The position numbers and the translations under genes were made by a program. From Octopus bimaculoides (taxonomy: Eukaryota): a stretch of DNA of 64,000 nucleotides. The notes under the pieces are model-generated. The model was not told the DNA's origin. It made no database searches and saw nothing but the letters and a program-made list of their open reading frames with translations. Where the stretch lies: contig NC_068989.1 of assembly GCF_001194135.2 (NCBI RefSeq), positions 4,080,699 to 4,144,698 on the forward strand, in the 5' to 3' direction. Below, one piece after another: positions 13,244 to 24,758 of the stretch. The stretch's first letter is position 1, and every line of letters starts with the position of its first letter.

Positions 13244-13612
13244 CGGCGGTGGGCAAAAGCGGGCAACAGTTGCTAAATGAGTGAAGGCTCTTTTCATTTC
13301 CCTATTACATTTTTAGGACAAGAATTCTATGAACATCCCATTCATATTGATTTCAAATTTGCGCACAAGGCCAGCAATTTCGTGGGATAGGATAAGTCGA
13401 TTACATCGACTCCGGTGCTCAAATGGTACTTATTTTATCGACCCCGAAATGATGAAAGGTAAAGTCGATCCCTGGGGCATTTCAACTGAAAACGTAAACA
13501 CGGATGAAATGACGCTATGCGTTTTTCCCGGCGTGCTACCGATTCTGCCAGCACACCACCTTAACATTCCACTCATATTAAGCAACTGTATTCCCACTTT
13601 TGTCCAGCCCTG
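13244..13612. mobile_element. Tc1/mariner-type MITE interrupted by a SINE-A copy
   Basis: Left ggtgggcaaaagcgggcaacagttgctaa versus reverse complement of right end cagggctggacaaaagtgggaatacagttgcttaa. TA follows the right end (13613-14). Confidence 0.55.
13344..13562 (-). mobile_element. SINE family A, full length, nested in a Tc1/mariner MITE
   Basis: Full A consensus on the minus strand, from aaggtggtgtgctggcagaatc to ggccttgtgcgcaaatttgaaatcaatat. Confidence 0.8.
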
Positions 13613-13936
13613 TATATACTCTTCTCACTCTTATCTTTTTCTCTTCCTTTCCTTCTATTTGTATCACTTTTTGTCGATAGTAAGAAATCTCCCGTGGTTA
13701 GTCCTAGCGAAGGACAGGCTTCACCAAGTCTAAACCACGCACAAGGCACACCATTCCTAAGACCCTGTCAGTAAATTGACGTCCTGAGACAATGTGACAA
13801 TTCTTTCAGACATGAACGTGTTGCACCCCAGTTTGCTTATCCCCCCACTTCGTTTTCTATGAATTTCCAGTTTTGAGTCTCTTGAAATAAATAACCCAGG
13901 TGGGTGAAGAACAAAAGAAAGATATAAATCTGGCCA

Positions 13937-14442
13937 TCTCTATTACTTGTGTCAGTCAGTGGACTACGGCCATGCTGGAGCACCGCCTTGAAGGGTTTCA
14001 GTCGAACAAATCGATCCCAGTACTTAGTCCTTAAGCATGGCCGCCCCTAGGGTTGCTGGCGCGTGCTGAACTTCGGCGTGTACAAGCTAACGGTCGTGGA
14101 AATTTCCTTATTTCTGTCACGCCCTTTGGCGTCCCCTAGCACATTGCGCCCCGAGCGACCGCCCGAGTTGCTGGTACCCTGAGCCCTGTCCTTAAGTCTG
14201 GTACTTATTCTATCGGTTGTGTTTTGCCGAACCGCTAATTTACGGAGACGTGAACAAAACAACACCCCCCACACACACATGATGGACTTATATAATTTTC
14301 CATCTGCCAAATCTACTCACAAGGCTTTCGTCGGCCCGAGGCTAGAGTAAATAGCACTTGCCCTAGGCGTTGTGCAATAGGACTGAACCCGAAACCATGT
14401 GGTTGGGGACGAAACATTTTACCACACAAATATGCTTGCGCC
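13937..14442 (-). mobile_element. SINE family B, near full length, carrying the 153-bp hAT MITE
   Basis: cagtcagtggactacggccatgctggagcaccgcc...ggactgaacccgaaaccatgtggttggg...gcgcc. Confidence 0.85.
14036..14188. mobile_element. 153-bp GC-rich hAT-type MITE inserted into a SINE-B copy
   Basis: Perfect 8-bp TSD TCCTTAAG at 14028-14035 and 14189-14196. Ends CATGGCC.../...GAGCCCTG (degenerate CAGGGC TIR). SINE-B sequence resumes in register on both sides. Confidence 0.7.
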
Positions 14443-14764
14443 TACATTCATGTTGTGGAAACAATATCAGCTGATATTATTGCGACAAATATCCGCTGGG
14501 TTCGCGTTGAATACCATACAAAAATCTACGTCCCATCGGGGCAGAGCGGGCGGGGGGGTCCTTTATTAAACTGTTCAACCTCATGGACATAGTAGCTAAA
14601 TATATTTGAAATCACGCTCTATCATTCAAAAAAAAGTTTAAATAGAAACACTGGACAGGCTTATATGCCGAGTGTTGGTCACGATTGGAATGTTTTTGGG
14701 TGTTAGTGTTCGATAAGGATTGATCTGGTGCTAAACTCTATTGCACCAATAACAACAATGAACG

Positions 14765-14950
14765 CATGATGGAGACTTTTAGAAATAGCAGCCAAATCAA
14801 TCATCTCCCAATGAAAGTCTATCATCTTATAGAAGTATTTTAGTGCACTGGGCATTACAATCGTACCTAAATATCTCTAGTGCCGATTGATGGTGGTTTC
14901 CGGAATACTTTTGACCATATATCTGCTCGATCATGTCTGCTCTGGGGCGA
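14765..14950 (-). mobile_element. Family G repeat copy
   Basis: agaaatagcagccaaatc (3' module) and the reverse complement of ccccagagcagacatgatcgagcagatatatggtcaaaag (5' module). Confidence 0.6.
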
Positions 14951-15822
14951 AAAACACAACACCACAACACCACAACCACAATGACAGCAACAGCAATACT
15001 GTTTGGTGCCCCTTTTATGTATTCTGTATATATTTTCAATTCATAGTAAATAGTTCCTGTGTATTTATTTATTTATTTGTTTATTCGTTTATTCGTTTAT
15101 TCGTTTATACGGTGGTTGTTTCATTCTAAAATATAATCTCCGTCGATTCTCTGTTGGAGTACATACATACATACATGCATATATACGTGTATACATGCAT
15201 ATGTACACACATTCATGCGCTCGTACGTACATACACACATAAGTACATACATACAGAGAGGCATATACACACACATACACACGTTTACACAAACACACAT
15301 ATGCATACAGACAGACATCATCGTCGTAATCGTCATTATTATCATAATCATGATTTATAATTAGAAGCCAAACAAGAGGCCTCTATGCGGTCACTCGATT
15401 TACTAGAAATAGCAACCAAATCTTCCTAGAATCAAAAGTTATACCATCTTTGAAAAGCTGAGGGGATATGTCTACCAAGAGTCTGCGGTCCTTTATACAT
15501 TATATATAAAAGAAAGTAAATTAAAGAAACCTGTTGATTAGGGGCTTCAATAATATCAATTATACGTCGACATGATTAGGTTGATATTAGACTAGACAAC
15601 ATGCAACCCCTAATCAGATCATCATTATGGTGTTTTTCAGAGAGAAGTCGTTTTATCCTTCTTATTTCAAATCTCGCCGGAGTAAATTTTGGTTTCCTTT
15701 CCATCCTTATGGTAGGGTCGGCGCGTTAATGGGATACCCTAACTTTCATCTTCCTCCTTTAAATTTGTAGTTTTGTGATAATGTCGGAAGTCATTTCAGT
15801 ATTTTATCCGTTAGAAGTTGAA

Positions 15823-16060
15823 GACCCGTGATCTAGTGGCTAAGGGGTAACACTCATAGTCGTACGATCGTTGTTTCTTTCCACGGACCAAGCAGTGCAT
15901 TGTCTTCTTGAGCAAAACACATCATTTCGCCTTGCTCCAGTCTACTCAGCTGTAAACAAGTAACTCAAATAACCCTTCGAAGGGCTGGTGTCCCGTTCAG
16001 GCGAATGTTGTGATCTCACTTATTTATACGTCATGGGAACAGGGTAACTGGCCTTATGAA
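15823..16060 (+). mobile_element. SINE family D (tRNA head plus a conserved central domain resembling V/Meta-type SINE domains as I recall them)
   Basis: gatctagtggctaag...cttgagcaaaacac...ttgctccagtctactcagctgtaaa...gggctggtgtcccgttcagg. Confidence 0.6.
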
Positions 16061-16297
16061 CCTTAAGATTTGAGACAGCAATGGCAAGGATACTTGCTTT
16101 ATTTTTCACTTTTTATATACATTAGGAGAAATGCAGAAAACAATTTCATTACTTAGCATTTTATTTACAGAGAAATATACCTGATGCATACTTGATTGTT
16201 ATTTGATATTATTTCATAAGATTTATTACGATAATTTATTCACTTCAAAATAAATAAATCAAAATTAATTATAAACTGTACAATATTTGAACAACTT

Positions 16298-16490
16298 CAG
16301 GCAGCGAGCTGGCGAAATGCTTAGCAGTATTTCGTCTATTTTTATGCTCTGGATTCAAATTCCGCCGAGGTCGACTTTGCCTTTCATCCTTTCGGGGTCG
16401 ATAAACTAAGTATCAGTTGCGTACTGGGGTCGATCTAATTGACTGGTCCCCTCCCCCAAAATTTCGGGCCTTGTGCCTGGAGTAGACACG
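16298..16490 (+). mobile_element. SINE family A with a short deletion in the head and a 16-bp TSD
   Basis: TSD aatatt(t/c)gaacaactt at 16282-16297 and 16491-16506. B-box-like ggattcaaattcc. Confidence 0.9.
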
Positions 16491-16775
16491 AATATTCGAA
16501 CAACTTATTTTGACTCCACCCTATGGGCTAAATACCAAAAATGTATCGATGAACCGAGCCAGGGATATATATTATTCACAACAAACACCCACACAAAAGG
16601 GATTCTATCATAAAACGAAATACTTTCATCTGGGTTTTACAAAATATAGCAGCGTTTCGGGTTCAAACGACAACGAACCAGCGACAAAAGGAACATCCCG
16701 TCAATGACTAACATTCCGTCATCTTCCCTCCTCCATTTCAAATGTAGATCGTATATCGTTGTTTGTATATTATAT

Positions 16776-17078
16776 ATTTTACTCTTTTACTTGATTCAGT
16801 CATTTGACTGTGGCTATGCAAATCGATCCCAGGATTTATTCTTTGTAAGCCTAGTACTTATTCTATCGGTCTCCTTTGCCGAACTGCTAAATTACGGGAA
16901 CGTAAACACACCAACATCGGTAGTCAAGCGATGTTGGGGGGACGAACACAGACACACAAACACATGCACAAAAACACATATATATACGACGGGCTTCTTT
17001 CAGTTTCCGTCTACTTAAAGGCTTTGGTCGGCTCGAGGCTATAGGAGAAGACACTTGCTAAAAGTACCACGCAGTGGG
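16776..17078 (-). mobile_element. SINE family B lacking the head; cut at gcagtggg
   Basis: cagtcatttgactgtggctatgc...gacgggcttctttcagtttccgtctac...agaagacacttgc. Confidence 0.85.
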
Positions 17079-17113
17079 TTCTCATTCCTAAGGAACTTTT
17101 CGATGTTATTATC

Positions 17114-17163
<50 letters not shown>

Positions 17164-17231
17164 TATTCAGGCCACTGCCTGGAATCGAACTCGGAATCTT
17201 GGAGTTAGTAGCCCGCGCTCTTAACCACTAG
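17075..17231 (-). mobile_element. tRNA-headed element with an internal (AAT)n tract, truncated at both ends
   Basis: Minus strand tagtggttaagagcgcgggctactaactccaagattccgagttcgattccaggcagtggcctgaat(aat)n aacatcgaaaagttccttaggaatgagaaccc. Confidence 0.65.
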
Positions 17232-17888
17232 AAAGAATAAGTCCTAGTTCTTGAGATGTGTTCTCAAAGATTGTTTGCCAACATAATATAGTAGTCCTGG
17301 TTTAGGACGAATGTTGCTGTTATTTAGCCCCAGTACTACAAAGCACTGTAGCTGAATATCTGTCGTTGTGAGATCTAAAAATAGCAATTTTTTTTAGTAT
17401 TATTATTCGTATTATTAGTAATAATAAGAATAGGAGGAAGGATAAAAAAGATCAAACTTCCGTAATTAAAATGATACTACTAAATACCATTTTTCAATTT
17501 GTGTTACTTGGCCAGTCATATATGATTTAATAAATAAAAGCATTTAGTCCGGTGCTTTGTCACTTTGGCGCCGTTTTCTTTTGCCTTTACAAGTAAATGT
17601 GTTGCAGGAGCATTCGTGTAGAGGAAAATACCCACAAGTCCAGAGATCCAAGTCCAGAGATCCAAATGCAATTTTCTGATTTAATATAATTTCACACTTC
17701 CATGCGATCGAATAAATATTTTACATTCTCCCCTCTACATTCTTCTTAACTGTATCGATGAATGTACGTAGATATATGTGTGTGAGTATATGTGACTGTA
17801 TGTATGTATATGTGTGTGTAAATATAAACGTACACACTCACACACATGCACACGCACATATAAACAGTTAGAGAGGCAGGTCGGTAGT

Positions 17889-17933
<45 letters not shown>

Positions 17934-18605
17934 GTGAGTGGTCATTAGGAGGTTTGCTAATATATTGTTGCAGTGTTGGTATTCATTTCAACTCTTAGCT
18001 CTGTGTTCTAGTGCCACCGATGTTCAGTTTGCGTTTTATTCTTTGGTGTAGAAGGATAGATAATAGACTGGTCCAGTACTGGGTTTGGTTCCTCCATTTA
18101 TCTCTCCGTCTCCATCCCTCTAAAGACCCTGTCAGGTTTTAAAACATACCCCAGAGTAAAGACAGCATTCTTACGACAGTATTTCCTACGAAAGAAGGAA
18201 TATCTTTCTGCGTACTTCTGCGGTCTCGTTACTAGTAAAACTTACAACTTAGAATCACAAAATATTCTGAGAATAATATTGAGACGCCCACTTCGTAAGG
18301 ATGTCATTTTCACAATAAACATCATCTATTCATTTTAATTTACTTTAAAATTACTAAGTTACACACACACATACGTACATGTATATATAAGCATGTCTGT
18401 GTGTGTGTATGTATGCATCTATTTGGTTATGAATTTATATATTTCCAACCATTCTCTCTTCTCATACCCTTCTGTAAGAGAGCTTAGGTTCGAAATGTAA
18501 AAGACTTATTCCATTTTTCCCTAAGCGTGAAACTAATACTCCTTGTTTGTTATTCCCTTCCCTGTCTCTGTCTTTTGCTTTTTGATCTTTGTATAATTTT
18601 GAACC

Positions 18606-18688
<83 letters not shown>

Positions 18689-18951
18689 GAGTCATGGATG
18701 TTGGTTAAGAAGCTCACTTTGCAACCATGTAGTTTCGGATTCAGTTCCAACTATTCCTTTCATCTTACGGGCCGATAAAATAATTAGTAGCTACACACAG
18801 GCGTTCGATGAAATTGACGAACCCACTTCCTCTAAATTTCAGGCCTCGTGCATATTTTAGAAAGAATCAGTATTACTCTTATAATCATCATTATTAACAT
18901 TATTATTACAAGTCGGTTAGGGCAGTGAGCTGACAGATTCTTTAACGACGA

Positions 18952-19050
18952 AAGGCGGTGAGCTGGTAGAAACGTTAGCATGCTGTGTAATGGGGTCGAT
19001 CTAATCGATTAGACCCCTCCCCCAAAATTTCGGGCCTTGTGCCTAGAGTA
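18952..19050 (+). mobile_element. SINE family A, internally deleted (head joined to tail)
   Basis: aaggcggtgagctggtagaaacgttagca joins directly to tggggtcgatctaatcg...gggccttgtgcctagagta. Confidence 0.8.
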
Positions 19051-19451
19051 AAAAAAACAACAACAAAAAAAAACTTCACTAGGAATTTAGTTTTTGACTC
19101 CAAAAATAGGAACGATAAAGTTGACCTCGGCAGGTTTTGAACGTTTACGCTATAATACAAGATGGAAGTCCCAGGTTTTCACACGAAGCTTGTCCTTCCA
19201 ATACTCCACCCTAGCTTATACTGAGGATAACATTAAAGGTACGCGTGTTTGAATAATACTTGGTCGCTTTATAGTACAATACAAGAAATAGGTAGTTACA
19301 TTATGTGAGGAACCGGAATAGGCGCGGTCGAAACCGACGGAAGATGATTCATTATCTTTTTTAATTATTTTCTATTGCATGTTTTGTGCATTTGTTTCTC
19401 GTTTTTCATGAATACATGTGTGCGCGCATGAGTATATGTTGGTGAATATTG

Positions 19452-19654
19452 GTTTCAAATTTCCTCACAAAGGCAGAAATTTCGGGGTAACGGGAGTAAG
19501 TCGATTACATCAAACCCACGGCCATTTTACCTTCCCTGAAAGGGTGAAAGAATAGGTCGACCTCGGTGGAATTTGAACTCAAAGTAAAAGATGAACGAAA
19601 CGCCGTTAAGCTCTTTGCCCTGTGTGCTAATGGTTATGGTTGCTCGCCGCTTAG
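19452..19654 (-). mobile_element. SINE family A with a perfect 15-bp TSD
   Basis: TSD tgttggtgaatattg at 19437-19451 and 19655-19669. Confidence 0.85.
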
Positions 19655-19796
19655 TGTTGGTGAATATTGAGAGGCGTGTACATGCATTTGTGAAAGCTAC
19701 AAAACACGCTGCATGTTGTATACACATAATGCACGTGGCTGCTTAGTAAGTTTAAACGTGGTGCCGTGTTGCTGCAACACATAATATTAGTCAAAG

Positions 19797-20053
19797 ACAT
19801 GGTTGAATGGTTAAGACGGTTGCCGGGCAACGACGTGCTTACGGGTTCAATCTCACTGCGCTATATCTTGGACAAGTGTCTTCTACTGTAGCCAAGGGCT
19901 GACCAAAACCTGACGAGTGATTTTGATAAACGTATACTGCGTGGAAGTCTGATGTATGTACATGTATGTGTGTGCGTCTGGTGTGTTTGTGTCCCACCCC
20001 GTTTGAGGATCGAGGCTAGTTTGTTTACGTCCTCATAATTTTACGGTTCGGCA
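19797..20053 (+). mobile_element. SINE family B, diverged; interrupted at the long hairpin element
   Basis: ggttcaatctcactgcgctatatcttggacaagtgtcttctactgtagcc...tttacgtcctcataattttacggttcggcaa. Confidence 0.7.
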
Positions 20054-20083
20054 ATTTCTAAAGTAAGGTGATTAAAATCAAAA

Positions 20084-20171
20084 TAAGCAACAAGGATATC
20101 TAGAGGTAATGCAGTACGATCGTTGCATGAAACGATCGTACTGCATTACCTCTGGATAGCCTTGTTGCTTA
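20084..20171. repeat. 41-bp near-perfect inverted repeat with a 6-nt spacer
   Basis: Arms 20084-20124 and 20131-20171 differ at 2 positions; the right arm ends at an N gap. Confidence 0.95.
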
Positions 20172-20240
20172 NNNNNNNNNNNNNNNNNNNNNNNNNNNNN
20201 NNNNNNNNNNNNNNNNNNNNNNNNNNNNNNNNNNNNNNNN

Positions 20241-20274
<34 letters not shown>

Positions 20275-21231
20275 ATGCATACTTATATACATACATACTT
20301 ATATACTTATATATATAATCTATACACATACATGCTTATACGTGCACACACATGGGTATGTGCGTGTGTTTGTGTGTGTGTTTAAACATGTTTGCATGTT
20401 TGAATGTGTCGTATATATGTATCTCTACCTATGAACAAGCAGGTTTACTCCAGTGGTAATCCTGTAAATTGTGCGAACCCTCGGCCACGTAGCAAAGGAT
20501 TTCGTTTCTCGTATAGTATATTTAGATACAACCCAGTTTCACACGTGGTTCCTTTACCTCCCATGAGCTACTTATTACCCAGAGGTACGATTTCAACTCA
20601 GCTTTTTCAAGTACAGGGAACACTCCCCAGATTTATAATGTTTCCCTATAACTGTTTATAAGTGTTCATAGAATAACTGAACACGAAAGGTGTTGTATTT
20701 AAGTGGCTGCGTTACATATGAACGTTAATGAATCTTCGTATCACTGGCAGCAAGCGTATTTACATAATACGGTATCAACATGATAGCTGATACCGTCCGA
20801 CCTGCAAGAAATAGCAGACAAATTTCTTACAAAGAAATAAACGTCTTCTTTTAAATTAGAGAAATCACGTTGAATAATATAGTTCTCAGTACATGCTTAA
20901 GAACAAAATACGGGGTGGGCGGGCACGATCAGAACACCTTTGATTACAGCTTTATGCAATCGGATTCTACATGTTTATATAACGGCAACGATAGCATGAT
21001 GTTTATGGAATCTGTCGATAAATCATTATGTTATGTTTAAGTGCATGTGTTTTTGTTGATACGTACGTGCAACATATGCATGGATAGTGGTAATTTTTTT
21101 ATTAAATATATTTAGCTCTACGTATCATAACAGATTGTCTGCAAAACACGAGCAATTTCGGTCTGTTTGCGCATGCGTTATTTACGTCAGCATGTGTTTT
21201 GCTAGCGTTCTTTTTCAGCGTGCATATATGC

Positions 21232-21265
<34 letters not shown>

Positions 21266-21795
21266 NNNNNNNNNNNNNNNNNNNNNNNNNNNNNNNNNNN
21301 NNNNNNNTGTGTGTGTGTGTGTGTGTGTGTGTGTTTGTTTGTTTGTTTGTGTGTGTGTAGGGGAGCGTGTATAGATAGATGGAAAGAGGAAAGGTAGAGA
21401 AAGAGAGAAGAAGAAAGAAGCCAATAACATTAATGTACAAAGAGTCTCTATTTGTAATCAAACCCACTCACACACACACACTCTAAGAAAAAACACATTT
21501 CGTCAATCCCAGAAAAGAGTGTCTGCGAAAAATATCATAATGCTCCAGAGTCGGATTAGAACCCAGGATATACAGGGGTATGACTAAATTTTGTTAGTCA
21601 TTTCGTTCAATGCTTCTCCCCCACCACACGCACATAAACACACATTACATTCCTATCTCTCCACCAATCAAACTGCTAGTGTTTCTACTTGGCTTATAGA
21701 ACTACTATAGCTGCTATTACGAGAAGAAATGCTACTGCTACAACTACATCTACTAAAGATATAGGACAAAATATTTCGCTACTTTATAGAATATA

Positions 21796-21980
21796 ATATT
21801 GATTTCTAATGTTGGTACACAGCCAAAAATTCTTGTGAGGAATGGGGCTATGGTAGATTTTATTGACCTTAATATTTCACTGGTATTTTATTCGATCGGC
21901 CGCAGAAGGTTGAAAGATAAAGCTCGCTTGGACGGAATGCGGGATTCGAAATCAGAGTGTATTATAAAAGTAACGAAATG
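21796..21980 (-). mobile_element. SINE family A, old diverged copy
   Basis: Weak but colinear match to the A tail and body. Confidence 0.5.
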
Positions 21981-22382
21981 TGTTTGTTTAAAAGATAGGT
22001 GGAGGTATGTGGCTAGGTATGTCGGTTGAAAAACAGATGATGTAGAGAAAGATGAAGGCAGGGAGACGGAGGAGAGAGATTGATAACAATAATGGAACAA
22101 AGACATTATTTGTAATCAACCCCGCCAACAAATGTTTTGCTGAACGCAGAGAATTATCCGCAATAATAATCCTTGCACAAAAGAAAACAAAAAACAACAA
22201 AAAAGAAAATGGGGGATTCATTTTGGTTATAGGCTTGCTCGATCAGAGCTGTCCTCATAACACTGATAGCATTATTAGAGGCGTTCCACCCCGGCCCACT
22301 TCATTCTTTTCTTTTTTTTTTTTTTTTTTTTNNNNNNNNNNCCACCCCGGCCCACTTCATTCTTTTCTTTTTTTGTTTTTTT

Positions 22383-22793
22383 TTTGTTTACTTGTTTCAG
22401 TCATTTGACTGCGGCTATGCTGGAGGACCGCTTTAAAAGGGTGCTGGTCGAAGAAATCGACCCCAGGACTTATTCTTTGCTATCCTAGTATTTATTTTAT
22501 CGGCCTCTTTTGTCGAGCCGCTAGATTACAGGGATATAAACACATCAGCATCGGTTGTCAAATGATGGCGGGGGGAACAAACACAGGCACACACACACAC
22601 ACACACAAATATGTGTGTGTGTGTGTGTGTGTGTGTACGACGGGCTTCTTTCAATTTCCCTCTACCAAACCCACTCACAAGGTGTTGATCGGCCCGAGGC
22701 TATAGTAGAAGATACTTGCCTAAGCTGCCACGCATGTGGACTGAACCCGGAACCATGTGGTTGGAAAACGAGCTTCTTACCACACAGCCACCT
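22383..22793 (-). mobile_element. SINE family B, full length
   Basis: ttacttgtttcagtcatttgactgcggctatgctgg...ggactgaacccggaaccatgtggttgg...ttaccacacagccac. Confidence 0.9.
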
Positions 22794-23476
22794 CATTTTT
22801 ATTTTATTTTATTTTATTATTTTCAAAACATTTAAATCTAGGTTTACATTATCCATTGTGCTCTTAATGTTTTTTTTTTATTTACTAAACTAGGGTTTGC
22901 CACGTACCGGCTCCCTAGTCGACCCCTATAATGATGGATTCATTGTTATAGTTACTGTTTTTGATGTTATGGTCTCCACCACTGCCTCGGCGGTGATAGT
23001 ACTGGTGCTATTGTAGCCCCTGGTCGGCTCCGATCGAGATGGCTTGGAGCACATAGGAAGCCAATGCTGTGTAAATCGCAACCCCACCAATTAAGTCCCC
23101 AGTTTTTGGTCCCAATCTTCCAGTATTAAAGCTAATAAGTAGCTGCTGCCGTGTAACACAAGTCCATGCTGAACGATCAGCAGTTCCAATCGATGCATGT
23201 TGCTGTGTAGGCCTAGGCCAGTACTCACCCAGCAGTTCTATAACACACAGGTCGTTGTTGTTATGTGAGGAGATCTCACTCACAGATCCGATTCTATCTC
23301 TGCAGCTTTAACAAGCCTCTTCTAACGGAGGACTATACTACACATTACAATATGCAATGCGGAATGATACGGGGTACAGTGTAACGGTCTCGTCTGTTAC
23401 ACGATTATTATATTACTGCTGTGGTCGCTGCTGTTTCATATTCTTACGGCTGTTATTAATGTTATTGTTGATTACT

Positions 23477-23655
23477 GGCAAGCTGGCGGCATAGTTAGCA
23501 CGTCGGGCAAAATGCTGGCGAAAATAATTACTTCAGGCTCTTTGCGTTCTGAGTTAACTTTGCTTTTTTGAATCGTACCAGTCAACTACTGTGGTCGATG
23601 TATTCGACATGACCTTCCCTCGCAAAATTGTAAACCTTGGGCCAAAAGTAGAAAA
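23477..23655 (+). mobile_element. SINE family A, degraded and deleted copy
   Basis: gcaagctggc...gttagcacgtcgggcaaaatgct...ttctgagtt...gtggtcgatgtattcgac...ccttgggccaaaagtagaa. Confidence 0.6.
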
Positions 23656-23819
23656 ATAAATTATTATAATTTCACTCTTTGTATTTGATTTGCGAAATGA
23701 ATTCGTGTCTTGAAGCAAATTTTATGGTGTCTGGGGGGAGTCATTCTCTTTTAGTGCCTTATTACTTAACGGTTCGATTTCCACTCATTTACTTATTATT
23801 ATTATTATACATTATATCT

Positions 23820-24034
23820 AAGGCGGTGAGCTGGCAGAAACGTTAGCACGCCAGGTGAAACGCTTAGTAATACTTTGTCTGTTTTTACTTTCTGAGTTCA
23901 AATTCCGCCGCGGTCGACTGTGCCTTTCATCCTTTCGGGGTCGATAAATTAAGTATCGGTTACGTACTGGGATTGATCTAATCAACTGGCCTCCTCCCCC
24001 AAAATTTCGGACCTTGTGCCTAAAGTAGAAACCA
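23820..24034 (+). mobile_element. SINE family A, full length, 16-bp TSD
   Basis: TSD attatacattat(a/g)tct at 23804-23819 and 24035-24050. Confidence 0.9.
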
Positions 24035-24758
24035 ATTATACATTATGTCTGAGTTGGGGCTAAATCACAACAAAATGCTGACAGGCATGCTTCAAACTTC
24101 GGCATTAGAGACAATTTTAATGCACGAACTGCTAGATAATGTTAGCTTCCAAATATACCACCTTCGAAATCATGAGCAAATACACTACACTCTGCCAGTA
24201 TAATACCTAAAGGTCCCCGATTATTGAATTGCCAACCAGGGGTTTCTACTGAAACATTCAACTTATTAAGCTGTGTTATAATTCTTGTTACTGCAACAAA
24301 AGATGTACCTGATGTTGTTCTTATCGATGCTACTGTCCAGTTATCCTTATAATGACTGCAGTCGTAAGACTGCGGCCATGCTGGAGGACCGCCTTAATTT
24401 ATTTTATATCAGTCTTGTTGTCGCTTTATGACTGGAAGCTGATCTATGATTGCGTTTGTAGCAGCTGGTCTTTCCCGAGTGCATCCTTAAACGCTTGGCT
24501 GGTCCAGTATCGTCGTTATGAGTTTATCCAATGTCTTTTTTTAATGTTTCAATAGAGGCCCTCTTATATTTTCTGGTGGGAATAATTGGAGACCCCTAAA
24601 TATTGGACTGGGTCAATATAGTGTATTTGCTCATGATTTCAAAGGTGTTATATTTGGAGCATGCCTCTCCAGCCTTTTGTTATGATTTAGCCCCAGATTA
24701 GACCTAAGTATAATGTATCTAGTAGTACTTAACCCAATGTATACCGACCGTAAGTAGA

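Noticed and set aside
13329-13733. 134-aa ORF, and similar ORFs at 24887, 25390, 36858, 56875 and 57358
   Set aside because: They run through SINE copies.
14867-14941. 75-nt minus-strand exon-like segment (CCCCAG| ... AG|GTACGA; ADMIEQIYGQKYSGNHHQSALEIF)
   Set aside because: The sequence is the 5' module of dispersed repeat family G; the splice signals are probably fortuitous.
17635-17665. 14-bp tandem duplication caagtccagagatc x2 (also the 21-bp duplication near 31012-31055 and the 50-bp period at 1-85)
   Set aside because: Ordinary local slippage duplications.
22286-22375. Direct repeat ccaccccggcccacttcattcttttc on both sides of a 10-N gap
   Set aside because: Typical unmerged contig overlap, i.e. 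an assembly artefact.
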